64,000 bases of DNA from the NCBI RefSeq assembly GCF_024298765.1, contig NZ_CP101210.1, one strand, 5' to 3'. The notes under the pieces are model-generated. The model searched no databases. It saw only the letters and a list, made by a program, of their open reading frames with translations, and was not told where the DNA came from. Source of the stretch: Escherichia coli (GTDB lineage: Bacteria > Pseudomonadota > Gammaproteobacteria > Enterobacterales > Enterobacteriaceae). Positions 11,739 through 23,300 of the stretch are shown in pieces. Every line of letters starts with the position of its first letter. Within the stretch, counting starts at the first letter, position 1. The translations under genes were made by a program, and so were the position numbers.

Positions 11739-11883
11739 GAGGCCTTTGCTGCGACTGCCATGTTTGGGTCGCAGCATCACACACTCTCCAACATGAAATG
11801 GCTAAATGGATTATTGTTGCGTAGGAAGGAACAATAATGATAGTGTTCCTGGTGAAGGAACGCTACTGAGAGTAAAGACACTA

Positions 11884-12168
11884 ATGAAAATGGCCAATCA
11901 TCCCCGCCCGGGGGACATTATTCAGGAATCACTGGACGAACTTAATGTCAGCCTGCGCGAGTTTGCCAGAGCAATGGAAATTGCGCCCTCAACGGCAAGC
12001 CGATTGCTGACCGGAAAAGCAGCTTTGACGCCAGAAATGGCGATTAAACTTTCCGTGGTGATCGGCAGTTCGCCGCAAATGTGGCTGAATCTGCAAAACG
12101 CCTGGAGCCTGGCAGAGGCTGAAAAAACGGTGGATGTGTCGCGACTGCGCCGTCTGGTTACGCAATAA
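11884..12168 (+). CDS. yddM: HTH (XRE/HigA-like) DNA-binding protein YddM
   Basis: 94-aa product from the ATG at 11884; helix-turn-helix region ([22 protein letters not shown]). Confidence 0.8.
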
Positions 12169-12175
12169 TAAATAT

Positions 12176-12199
12176 CCTCCGGCATAGCCGGAGGTTTTT
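12176..12199 (+). terminator. Rho-independent terminator after yddM
   Basis: Hairpin cctccgg-cata-gccggagg followed by ttttt. Confidence 0.7.
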
Positions 12200-12202
12200 C
12201 AA

Positions 12203-12875
12203 ATGCGCCTATAAGGCTCTCTTACCAGCCGCGCCCTAACAGGCGCACACGATCTGACATTTGCATCCAACTTCGTTACTTACGGCCCGTAAACGGGCTG
12301 CCCGGATAGGGAATCGATAACTGCTCTCCCATTTTATCCTCTTCAAGCTGGTGCTTTATGTAATCCTGTATCTTCGCCGTGTTCTTACCCACCGTATCGA
12401 CGTAGTACCCTCTGCACCAGAACTCTCTGTTCCTGTATTTGAATTTCAAATCACCAAACTGCTCGTAAAGCATCAGACTGCTTTTCCCTTTCAGATATCC
12501 CATAAAGCCGGATACACTCATTTTGGGCGGGATCTCCACAAGCATATGGATATGATCTGCACAGCATTCAGCTTCAAGAATCCGTACGCTTTTCCACTCA
12601 CACAGCTTTCTCAAAATACTGCCTATTGCTCTACGCTTCTCTCTGTAGAACACTTGTCTTCGGTATTTTGGCGCAAAAACTATGTGATATTTACAGTTCC
12701 ATCGGGTGTGCGCTAAGCTCTTTTCGTTCCCCATTGGGACCCCCTTTTGATTTCTTGTTTGACACTTGCAGTTGCCAGACCGCAAGGTGTTTTAACAAAT
12801 CAAAAGGGGTTTTAATAACTGGCTCAAAGCTGAAAGCTTTCCGGAACCCCCAGCCTAGCTGGGGGTTTTCTGTGC
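12203..12875 (-). mobile_element. IS200 insertion sequence (IS200/IS605 family); boundaries approximate
   Basis: Contains the Y1 (HUH) transposase gene, an RBS-sequestering stem upstream of tnpA, and the left-end hairpin (aaacccccagctaggctgggggtt on the minus strand, + coordinates 12843..12870); ends not mapped to the base. Confidence 0.8.
12276..12734 (-). CDS. tnpA: IS200 transposase TnpA (Y1 HUH transposase)
   Basis: 152-aa product starting MGNEKSLAHTRWNCKYHIVFAPKYRR with the HIHMLVEIPP (HuH) motif; recognised as essentially the Salmonella/E. coli IS200 TnpA. Confidence 0.9.
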   Translation of the reverse strand: MGNEKSLAHTRWNCKYHIVFAPKYRRQVFYREKRRAIGSILRKLCEWKSVRILEAECCADHIHMLVEIPPKMSVSGFMGYLKGKSSLMLYEQFGDLKFKYRNREFWCRGYYVDTVGKNTAKIQDYIKHQLEEDKMGEQLSIPYPGSPFTGRK

Positions 12876-12878
12876 ACA

Positions 12879-12909
12879 AAAAAATGGCGCTTCTTAAAGC
12901 GCCATTTTC
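12879..12909 (-). terminator. Rho-independent terminator of the fdnGHI operon
   Basis: On the minus strand, hairpin aaaatggcgctttaagaagcgccatttt followed by a T-run, 20 bp past the fdnI stop. Confidence 0.7.
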
Positions 12910-12929
12910 AGCTTAAAGTTCAAAAGAGA

Positions 12930-13583
12930 TTATATCCCTTCTTCACTCTCTTTTTTCGCTTCTGCCTTCTCGATTTCACGATACCAGCGCGGATGGTGTT
13001 TCTTCGCCCAGCGACGGCTCACCTTCCCTTCGATCATCCCTTTAATCGATCCTTTCACCCAGAATGCCATATACATATGGATCAGGATGGCGTGGATCAG
13101 GATGATACCCGCAGCCGCATGGATCAGCAGGCTATAACGGACAACCTGTATCGGGAAGTACTGCGCAAAGTACGGACGCCAGATAATCACCCCGGTCACC
13201 AGCAGCACGAAAATCATGCTCATGATCGACCAGAACATCATCTTTTGCCCGGCGTTGTACTTACCGACATCCGCCACTTTATGCTCATTGCCTTTCAATA
13301 CTTCGACAATGTTCAACAGCCACGGAATATCTTTCTTATCCGGGATGTTGTGATGCACAAAACGCACAAACATAAACATCAGTGCGACGAAAATCGCAAT
13401 GCCGAAGAACGGGTGCAAAATGCGTCCCATCTGCGGCGTACCGAAGGTTTGCGTCAGCCATTGCAGCGTCGGGAAGAAGAACGAAATCCCGGACAGCGCC
13501 ACCAGGAAGAAGCAAATCACCACGGTCCAGTGACAGGCGCGATCAATAAATTTGGTGCGCACAATCATTTTCGACTTACTCAT
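12930..13583 (-). CDS. fdnI: Formate dehydrogenase-N cytochrome b556 gamma subunit
   Basis: 217-aa product from the ATG at 13583 ([19 protein letters not shown]...); 4-TM heme-binding subunit. Confidence 0.9.
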   Translation of the reverse strand: MSKSKMIVRTKFIDRACHWTVVICFFLVALSGISFFFPTLQWLTQTFGTPQMGRILHPFFGIAIFVALMFMFVRFVHHNIPDKKDIPWLLNIVEVLKGNEHKVADVGKYNAGQKMMFWSIMSMIFVLLVTGVIIWRPYFAQYFPIQVVRYSLLIHAAAGIILIHAILIHMYMAFWVKGSIKGMIEGKVSRRWAKKHHPRWYREIEKAEAKKESEEGI

Positions 13584-14460
13584 GATGATCCTCCTCGTCA
13601 TCGTCCACTTCCTTATTCGGGCCAATACCGATGTAGTGGAAAATCAACCCGGCAAAAGTGGCAATAAAGCCAGCCGCTGCCAGCGGTTTCAACGCGCCTT
13701 TCCACAGGCTTACCGAGGTGTCGATCTTCGGATCTTTCGGCAGACCGTGATACAGCTCCGGCTGATCGGCGTGATGCAGCACGTACATAACGTGCGTACC
13801 ACCGACCCCTTCCGGGTTGTAGACGCCAGCATGTTCGTAACCACGCGCTTTCAGTTTCGCCACGCGCTGTTCCGCCAGCTCCAGCATCTCCTTCTTGGTG
13901 CCGAAGTGGATAGCCCCGGTCGGACAGGTTTTCACACAAGCCGGTTCCTGGCCGACGCTGACGCGATCGACGCAGAGCGTGCATTTATATACCCGGTTAT
14001 CCTCTTTGTTGAGGCGCGGAATATTAAACGGACACCCGGCAATGCAGTAACCACAGCCGATGCAGTTTTCCGACTGGAAATCGACAATCCCGTTAGCGTA
14101 CTGAATGATTGCACCAGCAGACGGGCACGCCTTCAGGCAGCCCGGATCTTCACAGTGCATACAGCCGTCTTTACGGATCAGCCACTCCAGCTTGCCGTTC
14201 TGTTCGGTTTCGCTAAAGCGCATCACCGTCCAGGACTTGGCGCTCAGATCGGCGGGGTTATCGTAAACCCCGACGCAGTGCCCCACTTCATCACGGATGT
14301 CGTTCCACTCTGAACACGCCACCTGACAGGCTTTACAGCCGATACAGGTGGAAACGTCGATAAGTTTCGCGACTTCTGCTTTGTAATCACGCACCTGAGA
14401 AGGCGGCGTGATGGAGTTAGTTGCGGACCTTTTGATAATGTCCTGCGTTTCCATAGCCAT
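13576..14460 (-). CDS. fdnH: Formate dehydrogenase-N iron-sulfur beta subunit
   Basis: 294-aa ORF with four ferredoxin-type Cys clusters (CxxCxxCxxxCP) and a C-terminal TM helix; overlaps the fdnI start by 8 nt. Confidence 0.93.
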   Translation of the reverse strand: MAMETQDIIKRSATNSITPPSQVRDYKAEVAKLIDVSTCIGCKACQVACSEWNDIRDEVGHCVGVYDNPADLSAKSWTVMRFSETEQNGKLEWLIRKDGCMHCEDPGCLKACPSAGAIIQYANGIVDFQSENCIGCGYCIAGCPFNIPRLNKEDNRVYKCTLCVDRVSVGQEPACVKTCPTGAIHFGTKKEMLELAEQRVAKLKARGYEHAGVYNPEGVGGTHVMYVLHHADQPELYHGLPKDPKIDTSVSLWKGALKPLAAAGFIATFAGLIFHYIGIGPNKEVDDDEEDHHE

Positions 14461-14472
14461 CTGTTCGCCCCC

Positions 14473-17400
14473 TTACGCCTTCTCGATGTTGACTAAGAAC
14501 GCTTTATATTCCGGCGTTTGCGAGTTTGCATCACCGACATTCGGCGTCAGAGTGTTAGCGATATAACCTTTACGCGCGACACCCTCAAAGCCCCAGTGGA
14601 TTGGAATACCCACCGTTTCAACCTGCTGACCGTTTACATTCAGCGGTTTCAGACGGCGCGTTACCACAGCCACCGCGCGGATAAAGCCACGCTTGCTGGA
14701 GACAGTGACACGATCGCCATTGGCAATGCCTTTCGCCGCCGCCAGCGTTTCGCTGATTTCCACAAACTGTTCCGGCTGAGCAATTGCGTTGAGCAATGCG
14801 TGCTTGGTCCAGGTGTGGAAGTGCTCGGTCAGACGATAGGTCGTACCCACATACGGGAACTGCTCTTTTTTACCCATCCGCAGCGCGTCTTGTTCATACA
14901 GACGAACAACCGGGTTAGACACCACGTTCGGATGCAGCGGGTTAGTGCCCAGCGGCGTTTCGATTGGCTCGTAGTGTTCCGGGAACGGACCTTCCGCCAT
15001 TTTGTTGATGGCAAACAGGCGTCCCATCCCTTCCGGCTGCATGATAAACGGCCCGGTTGGCGTACCCGGTGCGGCATTGCCGAAGTCCGGAATATCGTTA
15101 CCCGTCCACTTGCTGCCGTTCCACTGGATCAGCATCCGTTTCGGATCCCACGGTTTACCGTTGATATCCGCCGAAGCACGGTTGTACAGCACGCGACGGT
15201 TGAGCGGCCACGCCCAGGCCCATCCCAGCGTATTCCCCAGACCGGACGGGTCGGAGTTATCGCGGTTAGCCATCTGGTTGCCCTGCTCTGTCCAGCTACC
15301 GGTGTAGATCCAGCAAGAAGATGCGGTTGTACCATCATCACGCAGATGCGCAAAGCTACTCAGCAACTGACCTTTCTTCGCAATCAGCACGCCATTAGCG
15401 TCATAGAGATCTTCCAGCGCATAGCCGTTGTTCTCTTTCGCCACTTCGTCAGATTGCGGTTCGTGCGGCTGCTTGTAGTTCCAGCTCATCTTCATCAGCG
15501 GTTCTACGCCTTTACCACCCTCGGCCTGGTACAGCTCGCGCAGATGATGGTAGATACCCGCCAGAATTTCGCCGTCGTTACGTGCTTCGCCCGGCGCGTC
15601 CTGACCTTTCCAGTGCCACTGCAACCAGCGACCGGAGTTAGCAATAGAACCATCTTCTTCAGCAAAGCAGGTCGAAGGCAGACGGAATACTTCAGTCTGA
15701 ATGGACGCCGGATCGACATCGTTCGACTCGCCGTGGTTCTGCCAGAAGGTAGAGGTTTCAGTCACCAGCGGATCGATAACCACCATGTACTTCAGCTTGC
15801 TCAGGCAGCTCACCACTTTGTTTTTGTCCGGGAAGGACGCAACCGGGTTAAAGCCCTGGCAGAAATAACCGGTGACTTTGCCTTCGTCCATCATGTTGAA
15901 ATACTTGATGACGTCGTAGGTCTGGTCCCACTTCGGCAGCCAGTCGTAGCCCCAGTTGTTCTCTTTTTGCGCGGCATCGCCGTAGAAAGATTTCATCAGG
16001 CTAACGAAGAACTTCGGATAGTTGCTCCAGTAGTTCACCTGATCAGCCAGCGTCGCTTTCGGCGTATTCGCTTCCAGATACGACTGCAAATCAACCTGTT
16101 TTTCTGACGGCAGCGTCAGATAACCCGGCAGGCTGGTTGAGAGCAGACCTAAGTCGGTCAGGCCCTGAATGTTGGAGTGACCACGCAATGCGTTCACGCC
16201 GCCACCGGCCATACCCATGTTACCGAGCAGCAACTGGATCATCGCCATAGTACGGATGTTCTGCGCACCCACGGTGTGCTGCGTCCAGCCCAGCGCGTAC
16301 AGGAAGGTGGTTGTGCGATCCGGTGCGCTGGTGGAGGCCAGCACTTCACACACTTTCAGGAAGTCGGCTTTTGGCGTACCGCAGATGTTTTCTACTACGT
16401 CCGGCGTGTAGCGGGAAACGTGCGCTTTCAGCAGGTTCCACACACAGCGCGGATGAGTCAGTGTTTCATCGCGTTTCGCATAGCCGTTTTCATCGAACTG
16501 ATAGTTCCAGGACGATTTATCGTATTGCCGTTTTTCAGCGTCGTAGCCGCTGAACAGACCGTCTTCGAAAGCAAAATCATCACGCACCAGCAGGCTGGCG
16601 TTGGTGTAATGCTTAACGTATTCGGCGTTGATTTTGTTGTTTTCGATCAGGTAGCGCAAAACGCCAGACAGGAACGTAATGTCCGTACCGGAACGAATAG
16701 GTGCGTAAATATCCGCCACAGAAGCGGTACGCGTAAAACGGGGATCGACAACGATCAAGGTTGCATCGTTGTTGTTTTTCGCTTCCATCGCCCAGCGGAA
16801 ACCGACGGGATGCGCTTCAGCAGCGTTACCGCCCATCACCATTACGACGTTAGCGTTTTTGATATCCACCCAGTGGTTGGTCATCGCACCGCGACCAAAT
16901 GTTGGAGCAAGACTTGCTACCGTTGGTCCGTGTCAGACGCGCGCCTGGTTGTCTACCGCCAGCATCCCGAGGGAGCGGGCAAATTTTTGAGTCAGCATCC
17001 CGGTTTCGTTGCTGGCACCGGAGGCACACAGCATACCGGTAGAAAGCCAACGGTTTACCGTTACGCCCTGCTCGTTCTTTTCAATAAAGTTAGCGTCACG
17101 GTCAGCTTTCATCAGCTTCGCAATACGGGAGAATGCTTCTTCCCAGCTAATGCGCTGCCATTTGTCAGAACCTGGCGCACGATATTCCGGGTAGCGCAGA
17201 CGGTTTTCGCTGTTGACGTAATCCAGCAAACCGGCCCCTTTCGGGCACAGCGCACCACGGCTTACCGGATGATCCGGGTCACCTTCAATGTGATAAATCG
17301 CTTCTCTGGCGTTTTTCGCGCCATCACCCAGGCTATACATCAATAGCCCGCAACCTACGGAACAGTATGTGCAGGTGTTACGGATCTCTTTCGCGCGTAA

Positions 17401-17520
17401 TAATTTGTAGTTTCGCGCCTGAGCCAGTGCTTGCTTCGGGGCAAAGCCCAATGCTGCTACTGTTGTTCCCGCCATACCGCCCGCGCAGATTTTAAAAAAT
17501 TGTCTGCGACTGACGTCCAT
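14473..17520 (-). CDS. fdnG: Formate dehydrogenase-N catalytic alpha subunit (selenoprotein, molybdopterin enzyme)
   Basis: Two consecutive in-frame ORFs (16933..17520 and 14473..16884) joined across a single in-frame TGA at 16933..16935, giving a 1015-aa protein; Tat signal peptide (SRRQFFK); TGA followed by a SECIS-like hairpin. Confidence 0.92.
16890..16935 (-). promoter_or_regulatory. Selenocysteine recoding site of fdnG: UGA codon plus 3' SECIS-like stem-loop
   Basis: mRNA reads UGA-CAC-GGA-CCA-ACG-GUA-GCA-AGU-CUU-GCU-CCA...; a stem-loop lies immediately 3' of the UGA, at the position typical of bacterial SECIS elements. Confidence 0.7.
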
Positions 17521-17639
17521 TGCTTTCCTCTTTTTTCAGGGGTATTACTGCGCGAGGAAACTAACAGTAAAATTCTGAATCTTTTTGCGCGAAATCAAAA
17601 AGAACACGTGTTTGCCACAAAATAATCCGCCTGCGCAAA

Positions 17640-17653
17640 TTGACCTACCTCAA
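17640..17653. promoter_or_regulatory. Candidate FNR box in the fdnG-yddG divergent promoter region
   Basis: ttgacctacctcaa matches TTGAT-N4-ATCAA at 8 of 10 positions, about 125 bp upstream of the fdnG start codon; distance to the transcription start unknown. Confidence 0.3.
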
Positions 17654-17751
17654 TAGCGGTAGAAAAACGCACCACTGCCTGACAGGCCAGTTAAAAAAAT
17701 GCTATAAAATTCAGCTTAATTTTTAACGGCAAGAGAGACAAAACAGCGAGC

Positions 17752-18633
17752 ATGACACGACAAAAAGCAACGCTCATAGGGCTAATAGCGATCGTCCTGT
17801 GGAGCACGATGGTAGGATTGATTCGCGGTGTCAGTGAGGGACTCGGCCCGGTCGGCGGCGCAGCTGCTATCTATTCATTAAGCGGGCTGCTGTTAATCTT
17901 CACGGTTGGATTTCCGCGTATTCGGCAGATCCCGAAAGGCTATTTACTCGCCGGGAGTCTGTTATTCGTCAGCTATGAAATCTGTCTGGCGCTTTCCTTA
18001 GGGTATGCGGCGACCCGTCATCAGGCGATTGAAGTGGGGATGGTGAACTATCTATGGCCCAGCCTGACAATTCTCTTTGCCATTCTGTTTAATGGTCAGA
18101 AAACCAACTGGCTGATTGTACCAGGATTATTATTAGCCCTGGTCGGCGTCTGCTGGGTGTTAGGCGGTGACAATGGGTTACATTATGATGAAATTATCAA
18201 TAATATCACCACCAGCCCATTGAGTTATTTCCTGGCGTTCATTGGGGCGTTTATCTGGGCAGCCTACTGCACAGTAACGAATAAATACGCACGCGGATTT
18301 AATGGAATTACCGTTTTTGTCCTGCTAACGGGAGCAAGTCTGTGGGTTTACTATTTTCTTACGCCACAACCAGAAATGGTATTTAGCACGCCCGTCATGA
18401 TTAAACTCATCTCTGCGGCATTTACCTTAGGATTTGCTTATGCTGCATGGAATGTCGGTATATTACATGGCAACGTCACCATAATGGCGGTAGGTTCGTA
18501 TTTTACGCCCGTCCTTTCCTCAGCGCTTGCAGCCGTGCTGCTCAGCGCCCCGCTGTCGTTCTCGTTCTGGCAAGGCGCGCTAATGGTCTGCGGCGGTTCC
18601 CTGCTCTGCTGGCTGGCGACACGTCGTGGCTAA
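17752..18633 (+). CDS. yddG: Aromatic amino acid exporter (DMT superfamily)
   Basis: 293-aa ORF; 10-TM EamA-like membrane protein; divergent from fdnG. Confidence 0.9.
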   Translation: MTRQKATLIGLIAIVLWSTMVGLIRGVSEGLGPVGGAAAIYSLSGLLLIFTVGFPRIRQIPKGYLLAGSLLFVSYEICLALSLGYAATRHQAIEVGMVNYLWPSLTILFAILFNGQKTNWLIVPGLLLALVGVCWVLGGDNGLHYDEIINNITTSPLSYFLAFIGAFIWAAYCTVTNKYARGFNGITVFVLLTGASLWVYYFLTPQPEMVFSTPVMIKLISAAFTLGFAYAAWNVGILHGNVTIMAVGSYFTPVLSSALAAVLLSAPLSFSFWQGALMVCGGSLLCWLATRRG

Positions 18634-18905
18634 AATAATTGTCGGGTCTACGGCCCGGCAGTTAATCAGATAAACTCTGACAATATTAAAAAATAAATTT
18701 CAAATACCAGAAAGTCATTTTAGTTACATTTAGTAACACATATCTGTCTGTTTAATCCACATTCTGCCCCCGCAGTTACGCTTTCTTATCTATTCTTCTA
18801 ATCAGCACTTCACCTGATTCATCCTTAATTCTAATAACTGGCTATTGCGCCTTACCTCCTGTTTTGTCTTTTTTTCATTACCAATGTGTGCATGTGAGGA
18901 ACAAT

Positions 18906-20294
18906 ATGGCACTGCAAAATGAGAAAAATAGTCGTTATCTTTTACGCGACTGGAAACCAGAAAATCCGGCCTTCTGGGAAAATAAAGGAAAGCACATTGC
19001 ACGAAGAAACCTCTGGATATCAGTCAGTTGTCTACTTCTTGCCTTCTGTGTCTGGATGCTATTTAGCGCAGTTACTGTTAATCTCAATAAAATCGGTTTT
19101 AATTTCACTACCGATCAACTCTTTTTATTAACCGCATTACCCTCCGTTTCTGGCGCATTATTGCGTGTCCCCTACTCCTTTATGGTGCCTATATTCGGTG
19201 GACGCCGATGGACGGTTTTTAGTACTGCAATCCTGATTATTCCTTGCGTCTGGCTCGGAATTGCCGTGCAAAATCCGAATACCCCTTTTGGGATATTTAT
19301 CGTTATCGCTTTGCTATGCGGTTTTGCAGGTGCGAACTTTGCTTCGAGCATGGGCAATATCAGTTTCTTCTTTCCAAAAGCCAAACAAGGGAGCGCTCTT
19401 GGGATTAATGGCGGATTAGGAAACTTAGGTGTAAGTGTGATGCAGCTGGTTGCACCGCTGGTCATTTTTGTCCCCGTATTTGCCTTTCTCGGCGTCAATG
19501 GCGTACCGCAGGCCGACGGTTCGGTGATGTCGCTGGCGAATGCCGCATGGATTTGGGTGCCATTACTGGCGATTGCCACGATCGCCGCCTGGTCAGGGAT
19601 GAATGATATCGCCAGTTCACGCGCCTCAATTGCCGACCAGCTGCCAGTGTTACAACGCCTGCATCTCTGGCTGCTGAGCCTGCTTTACCTTGCCACCTTC
19701 GGTTCGTTTATCGGTTTTTCTGCGGGTTTTGCCATGCTGGCGAAAACTCAGTTCCCTGATGTGAATATTCTGCGCCTGGCGTTCTTTGGCCCATTTATTG
19801 GTGCCATCGCGCGGTCGGTTGGTGGTGCTATTTCCGATAAATTCGGCGGCGTGCGGGTGACGTTGATCAACTTTATTTTTATGGCGATTTTCAGCGCCCT
19901 GCTGTTCCTTACCTTACCGGGCACAGGCTCCGGTAATTTCATCGCATTTTACGCCGTATTTATGGGGTTGTTTCTGACCGCAGGTCTGGGAAGTGGTTCT
20001 ACTTTCCAGATGATCGCCGTCATCTTTCGCCAGATAACCATTTATCGGGTGAAGATGAAAGGCGGTAGTGATGAGCAAGCTCAGAGAGAAGCCGTCACCG
20101 AAACGGCGGCGGCTCTGGGCTTTATCTCAGCCATTGGCGCAGTGGGCGGCTTTTTCATTCCGCAGGCGTTTGGCATGTCGCTCAATATGACCGGCTCTCC
20201 GGTGGGCGCGATGAAAGTGTTTTTAATCTTCTACATCGTTTGTGTGCTGCTGACCTGGCTGGTTTATGGTCGGCGGAAGTTCAGCCAAAAATAA
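18906..20294 (+). CDS. narU: Nitrate/nitrite transporter (MFS, NarK family)
   Basis: 462-aa product from the ATG at 18906 (MALQNEKNSRYLLRDWKPENPAFWEN...); MFS membrane protein upstream of narZYWV. Confidence 0.9.
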   Translation: MALQNEKNSRYLLRDWKPENPAFWENKGKHIARRNLWISVSCLLLAFCVWMLFSAVTVNLNKIGFNFTTDQLFLLTALPSVSGALLRVPYSFMVPIFGGRRWTVFSTAILIIPCVWLGIAVQNPNTPFGIFIVIALLCGFAGANFASSMGNISFFFPKAKQGSALGINGGLGNLGVSVMQLVAPLVIFVPVFAFLGVNGVPQADGSVMSLANAAWIWVPLLAIATIAAWSGMNDIASSRASIADQLPVLQRLHLWLLSLLYLATFGSFIGFSAGFAMLAKTQFPDVNILRLAFFGPFIGAIARSVGGAISDKFGGVRVTLINFIFMAIFSALLFLTLPGTGSGNFIAFYAVFMGLFLTAGLGSGSTFQMIAVIFRQITIYRVKMKGGSDEQAQREAVTETAAALGFISAIGAVGGFFIPQAFGMSLNMTGSPVGAMKVFLIFYIVCVLLTWLVYGRRKFSQK

Positions 20295-20388
20295 GAGATC
20301 GATGCCTGACACGTCTTATCAGGCTACAACCGTGTCGCATCCGACAAGGCATCAGATCCCAATTCATTCCTGGAGCAGGAGTTATGTC

Positions 20389-23300
20389 ATGAGTAAACTT
20401 TTGGATCGCTTTCGCTACTTTAAACAAAAGGGCGAAACCTTTGCCGATGGTCACGGACAGGTGATGCACAGCAACCGCGACTGGGAGGACAGCTATCGCC
20501 AGCGTTGGCAGTTCGACAAAATCGTGCGTTCCACCCACGGTGTTAACTGTACAGGCTCCTGTAGCTGGAAAATCTACGTTAAAAATGGTCTGGTGACCTG
20601 GGAAATCCAACAGACCGACTACCCGCGCACTCGCCCTGACCTGCCAAATCATGAACCTCGCGGCTGCCCGCGTGGCGCAAGTTACTCCTGGTATCTCTAC
20701 AGCGCTAACCGCCTGAAATACCCGCTCATTCGTAAACGACTGATTGAACTGTGGCGCGAAGCCCTCAAGCAACACAGCGATCCGGTACTGGCGTGGGCAT
20801 CGATTATGAACGATCCGCAAAAGTGCCTGAGCTATAAACAAGTGCGTGGACGCGGTGGCTTTATCCGCTCCAACTGGCAGGAGCTAAATCAGCTGATTGC
20901 CGCCGCTAACGTCTGGACCATCAAAACTTACGGCCCGGATCGCGTTGCCGGGTTCTCGCCGATTCCGGCGATGTCGATGGTTTCTTACGCCGCCGGAACA
21001 CGCTATCTGTCGCTGTTAGGTGGCACCTGTTTAAGCTTCTACGACTGGTATTGCGACCTGCCGCCCGCCTCGCCGATGACCTGGGGTGAGCAAACCGACG
21101 TGCCAGAATCTGCCGACTGGTATAACTCCAGTTACATCATCGCCTGGGGGTCTAACGTACCGCAGACACGTACGCCGGACGCCCATTTCTTTACCGAAGT
21201 ACGCTACAAAGGCACTAAAACCATCGCAATTACCCCTGACTACTCTGAAGTGGCCAAATTGTGCGACCAGTGGCTGGCACCAAAACAAGGCACTGATAGC
21301 GCCCTGGCGATGGCAATGGGCCATGTGATTTTAAAAGAGTTTCATCTCGATAATCCCAGCGACTACTTTATCAACTACTGCCGCCGCTACAGCGACATGC
21401 CGATGCTGGTAATGCTGGAACCTCGCGACGATGGCAGCTACGTACCCGGGCGCATGATCCGCGCGTCTGACCTGGTAGATGGACTGGGCGAAAGCAACAA
21501 TCCGCAGTGGAAAACCGTAGCAGTTAATACAGCAGGCGAACTGGTGGTGCCGAACGGTTCGATTGGTTTTCGCTGGGGAGAAAAAGGCAAATGGAATCTG
21601 GAATCCATTGCCGCCGGTACGGAAACCGAATTGTCGTTAACTCTGCTCGGTCAACATGATGCCGTTGCAGGCGTGGCCTTCCCCTACTTTGGCGGCATTG
21701 AAAATCCGCATTTTCGCAGCGTAAAACACAATCCGGTCCTGGTGCGCCAATTGCCCGTTAAAAACCTGACATTAGCCGATGGCAACACCTGTCCGGTGGT
21801 CAGCGTTTATGATTTGGTACTGGCGAATTACGGCCTCGATCGCGGGCTGGAAGATGAAAACAGCGCGAAAGATTACGCTGAAATCAAACCGTACACCCCA
21901 GCCTGGGGTGAGCAAATTACCGGTGTGCCGCGCCAGTATATTGAAACCATCGCTCGTGAATTTGCCGATACTGCCCATAAAACGCATGGGCGCTCGATGA
22001 TTATCCTCGGCGCAGGTGTTAACCACTGGTACCACATGGACATGAACTACCGGGGAATGATCAATATGCTGATCTTCTGCGGTTGTGTCGGGCAAAGCGG
22101 TGGCGGATGGGCACACTATGTCGGTCAGGAAAAACTGCGCCCACAAACTGGCTGGTTGCCGCTGGCCTTTGCGCTCGACTGGAACCGCCCACCGCGCCAG
22201 ATGAACAGCACCTCGTTTTTCTACAATCATTCCAGTCAATGGCGCTATGAAAAAGTCTCTGCTCAGGAGTTACTTTCACCGCTCGCCGATGCCAGTAAGT
22301 ACAGCGGTCATCTGATTGATTTCAACGTTCGTGCCGAACGTATGGGCTGGCTACCTTCTGCGCCGCAGCTGGGGTGTAACCCGCTCGGGATTAAAGCTGA
22401 AGCCGACAAGGCCGGATTATCCCCCACAGAATTTACCGCCCAGGCGCTGAAATCGGGCGATTTACGCATGGCCTGCGAACAACCAGATAGCGGCAGCAAT
22501 CATCCGCGTAATTTGTTTGTCTGGCGTTCTAACCTGCTTGGCTCCTCCGGCAAAGGCCACGAGTATATGCAGAAGTATCTGCTGGGAACCGAAAGTGGGA
22601 TTCAGGGTCAGGAACTCGGTGCCAGCGACGGGATCAAACCAGAAGAAGTCGAGTGGCAAACTGCGGCGATTGAAGGCAAGCTCGACCTGCTGGTGACGCT
22701 CGACTTCCGTATGTCCAGTACCTGCCTGTTCTCCGATATCGTTCTGCCCACCGCCACCTGGTACGAAAAAGACGATATGAACACCTCGGATATGCATCCG
22801 TTTATTCATCCCCTATCTGCGGCGGTCGATCCGGCGTGGGAATCACGCAGCGACTGGGAAATCTACAAAGGTATTGCCAAAGCCTTTTCGCAAGTGTGCG
22901 TGGGCCATCTTGGCAAAGAAACCGACGTGGTATTACAACCACTGCTGCATGACTCTCCGGCAGAACTCTCACAGCCGTGTGAAGTGCTCGACTGGCGCAA
23001 AGGCGAATGCGATCTGATTCCAGGTAAAACCGCGCCCAATATTGTGGCGGTGGAACGCGACTACCCTGCTACCTATGAACGCTTTACCTCGCTCGGGCCA
23101 TTGATGGACAAACTTGGCAACGGCGGTAAAGGGATTTCGTGGAATACCCAGGATGAAATCGATTTCCTCGGCAAACTCAACTACACCAAGCGTGAAGGCC
23201 CGGCACAGGGGCGTCCGCTGATTGACACCGCCATTGACGCATCAGAAGTGATTCTGGCTCTTGCACCGGAAACCAATGGTCATGTTGCAGTCAAAGCGTG

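Noticed and set aside
14518-16107. 529-aa plus-strand ORF (and further ORFs at 16177..17346, 15002..15307, 14829..15077) inside fdnG
   Set aside because: Antisense or alternative-frame shadow ORFs within a highly constrained GC-rich coding region; no RBS; the minus-strand frame encodes a recognisable formate dehydrogenase.
16933-17520. Apparent truncated fdnG (195-aa ORF ending at a TGA)
   Set aside because: Not a pseudogene: the TGA is an in-frame selenocysteine codon and the reading frame continues into 14473..16884.
20266-20388. N-terminal extensions of several ORF-track entries (narZ 1287 aa, maeA 574 aa, adhP 346 aa, curA 376 aa, mcbR 240 aa, ansP 516 aa)
   Set aside because: Longest-ORF artefacts; internal ATGs with proper RBS give the expected protein lengths and N-termini.
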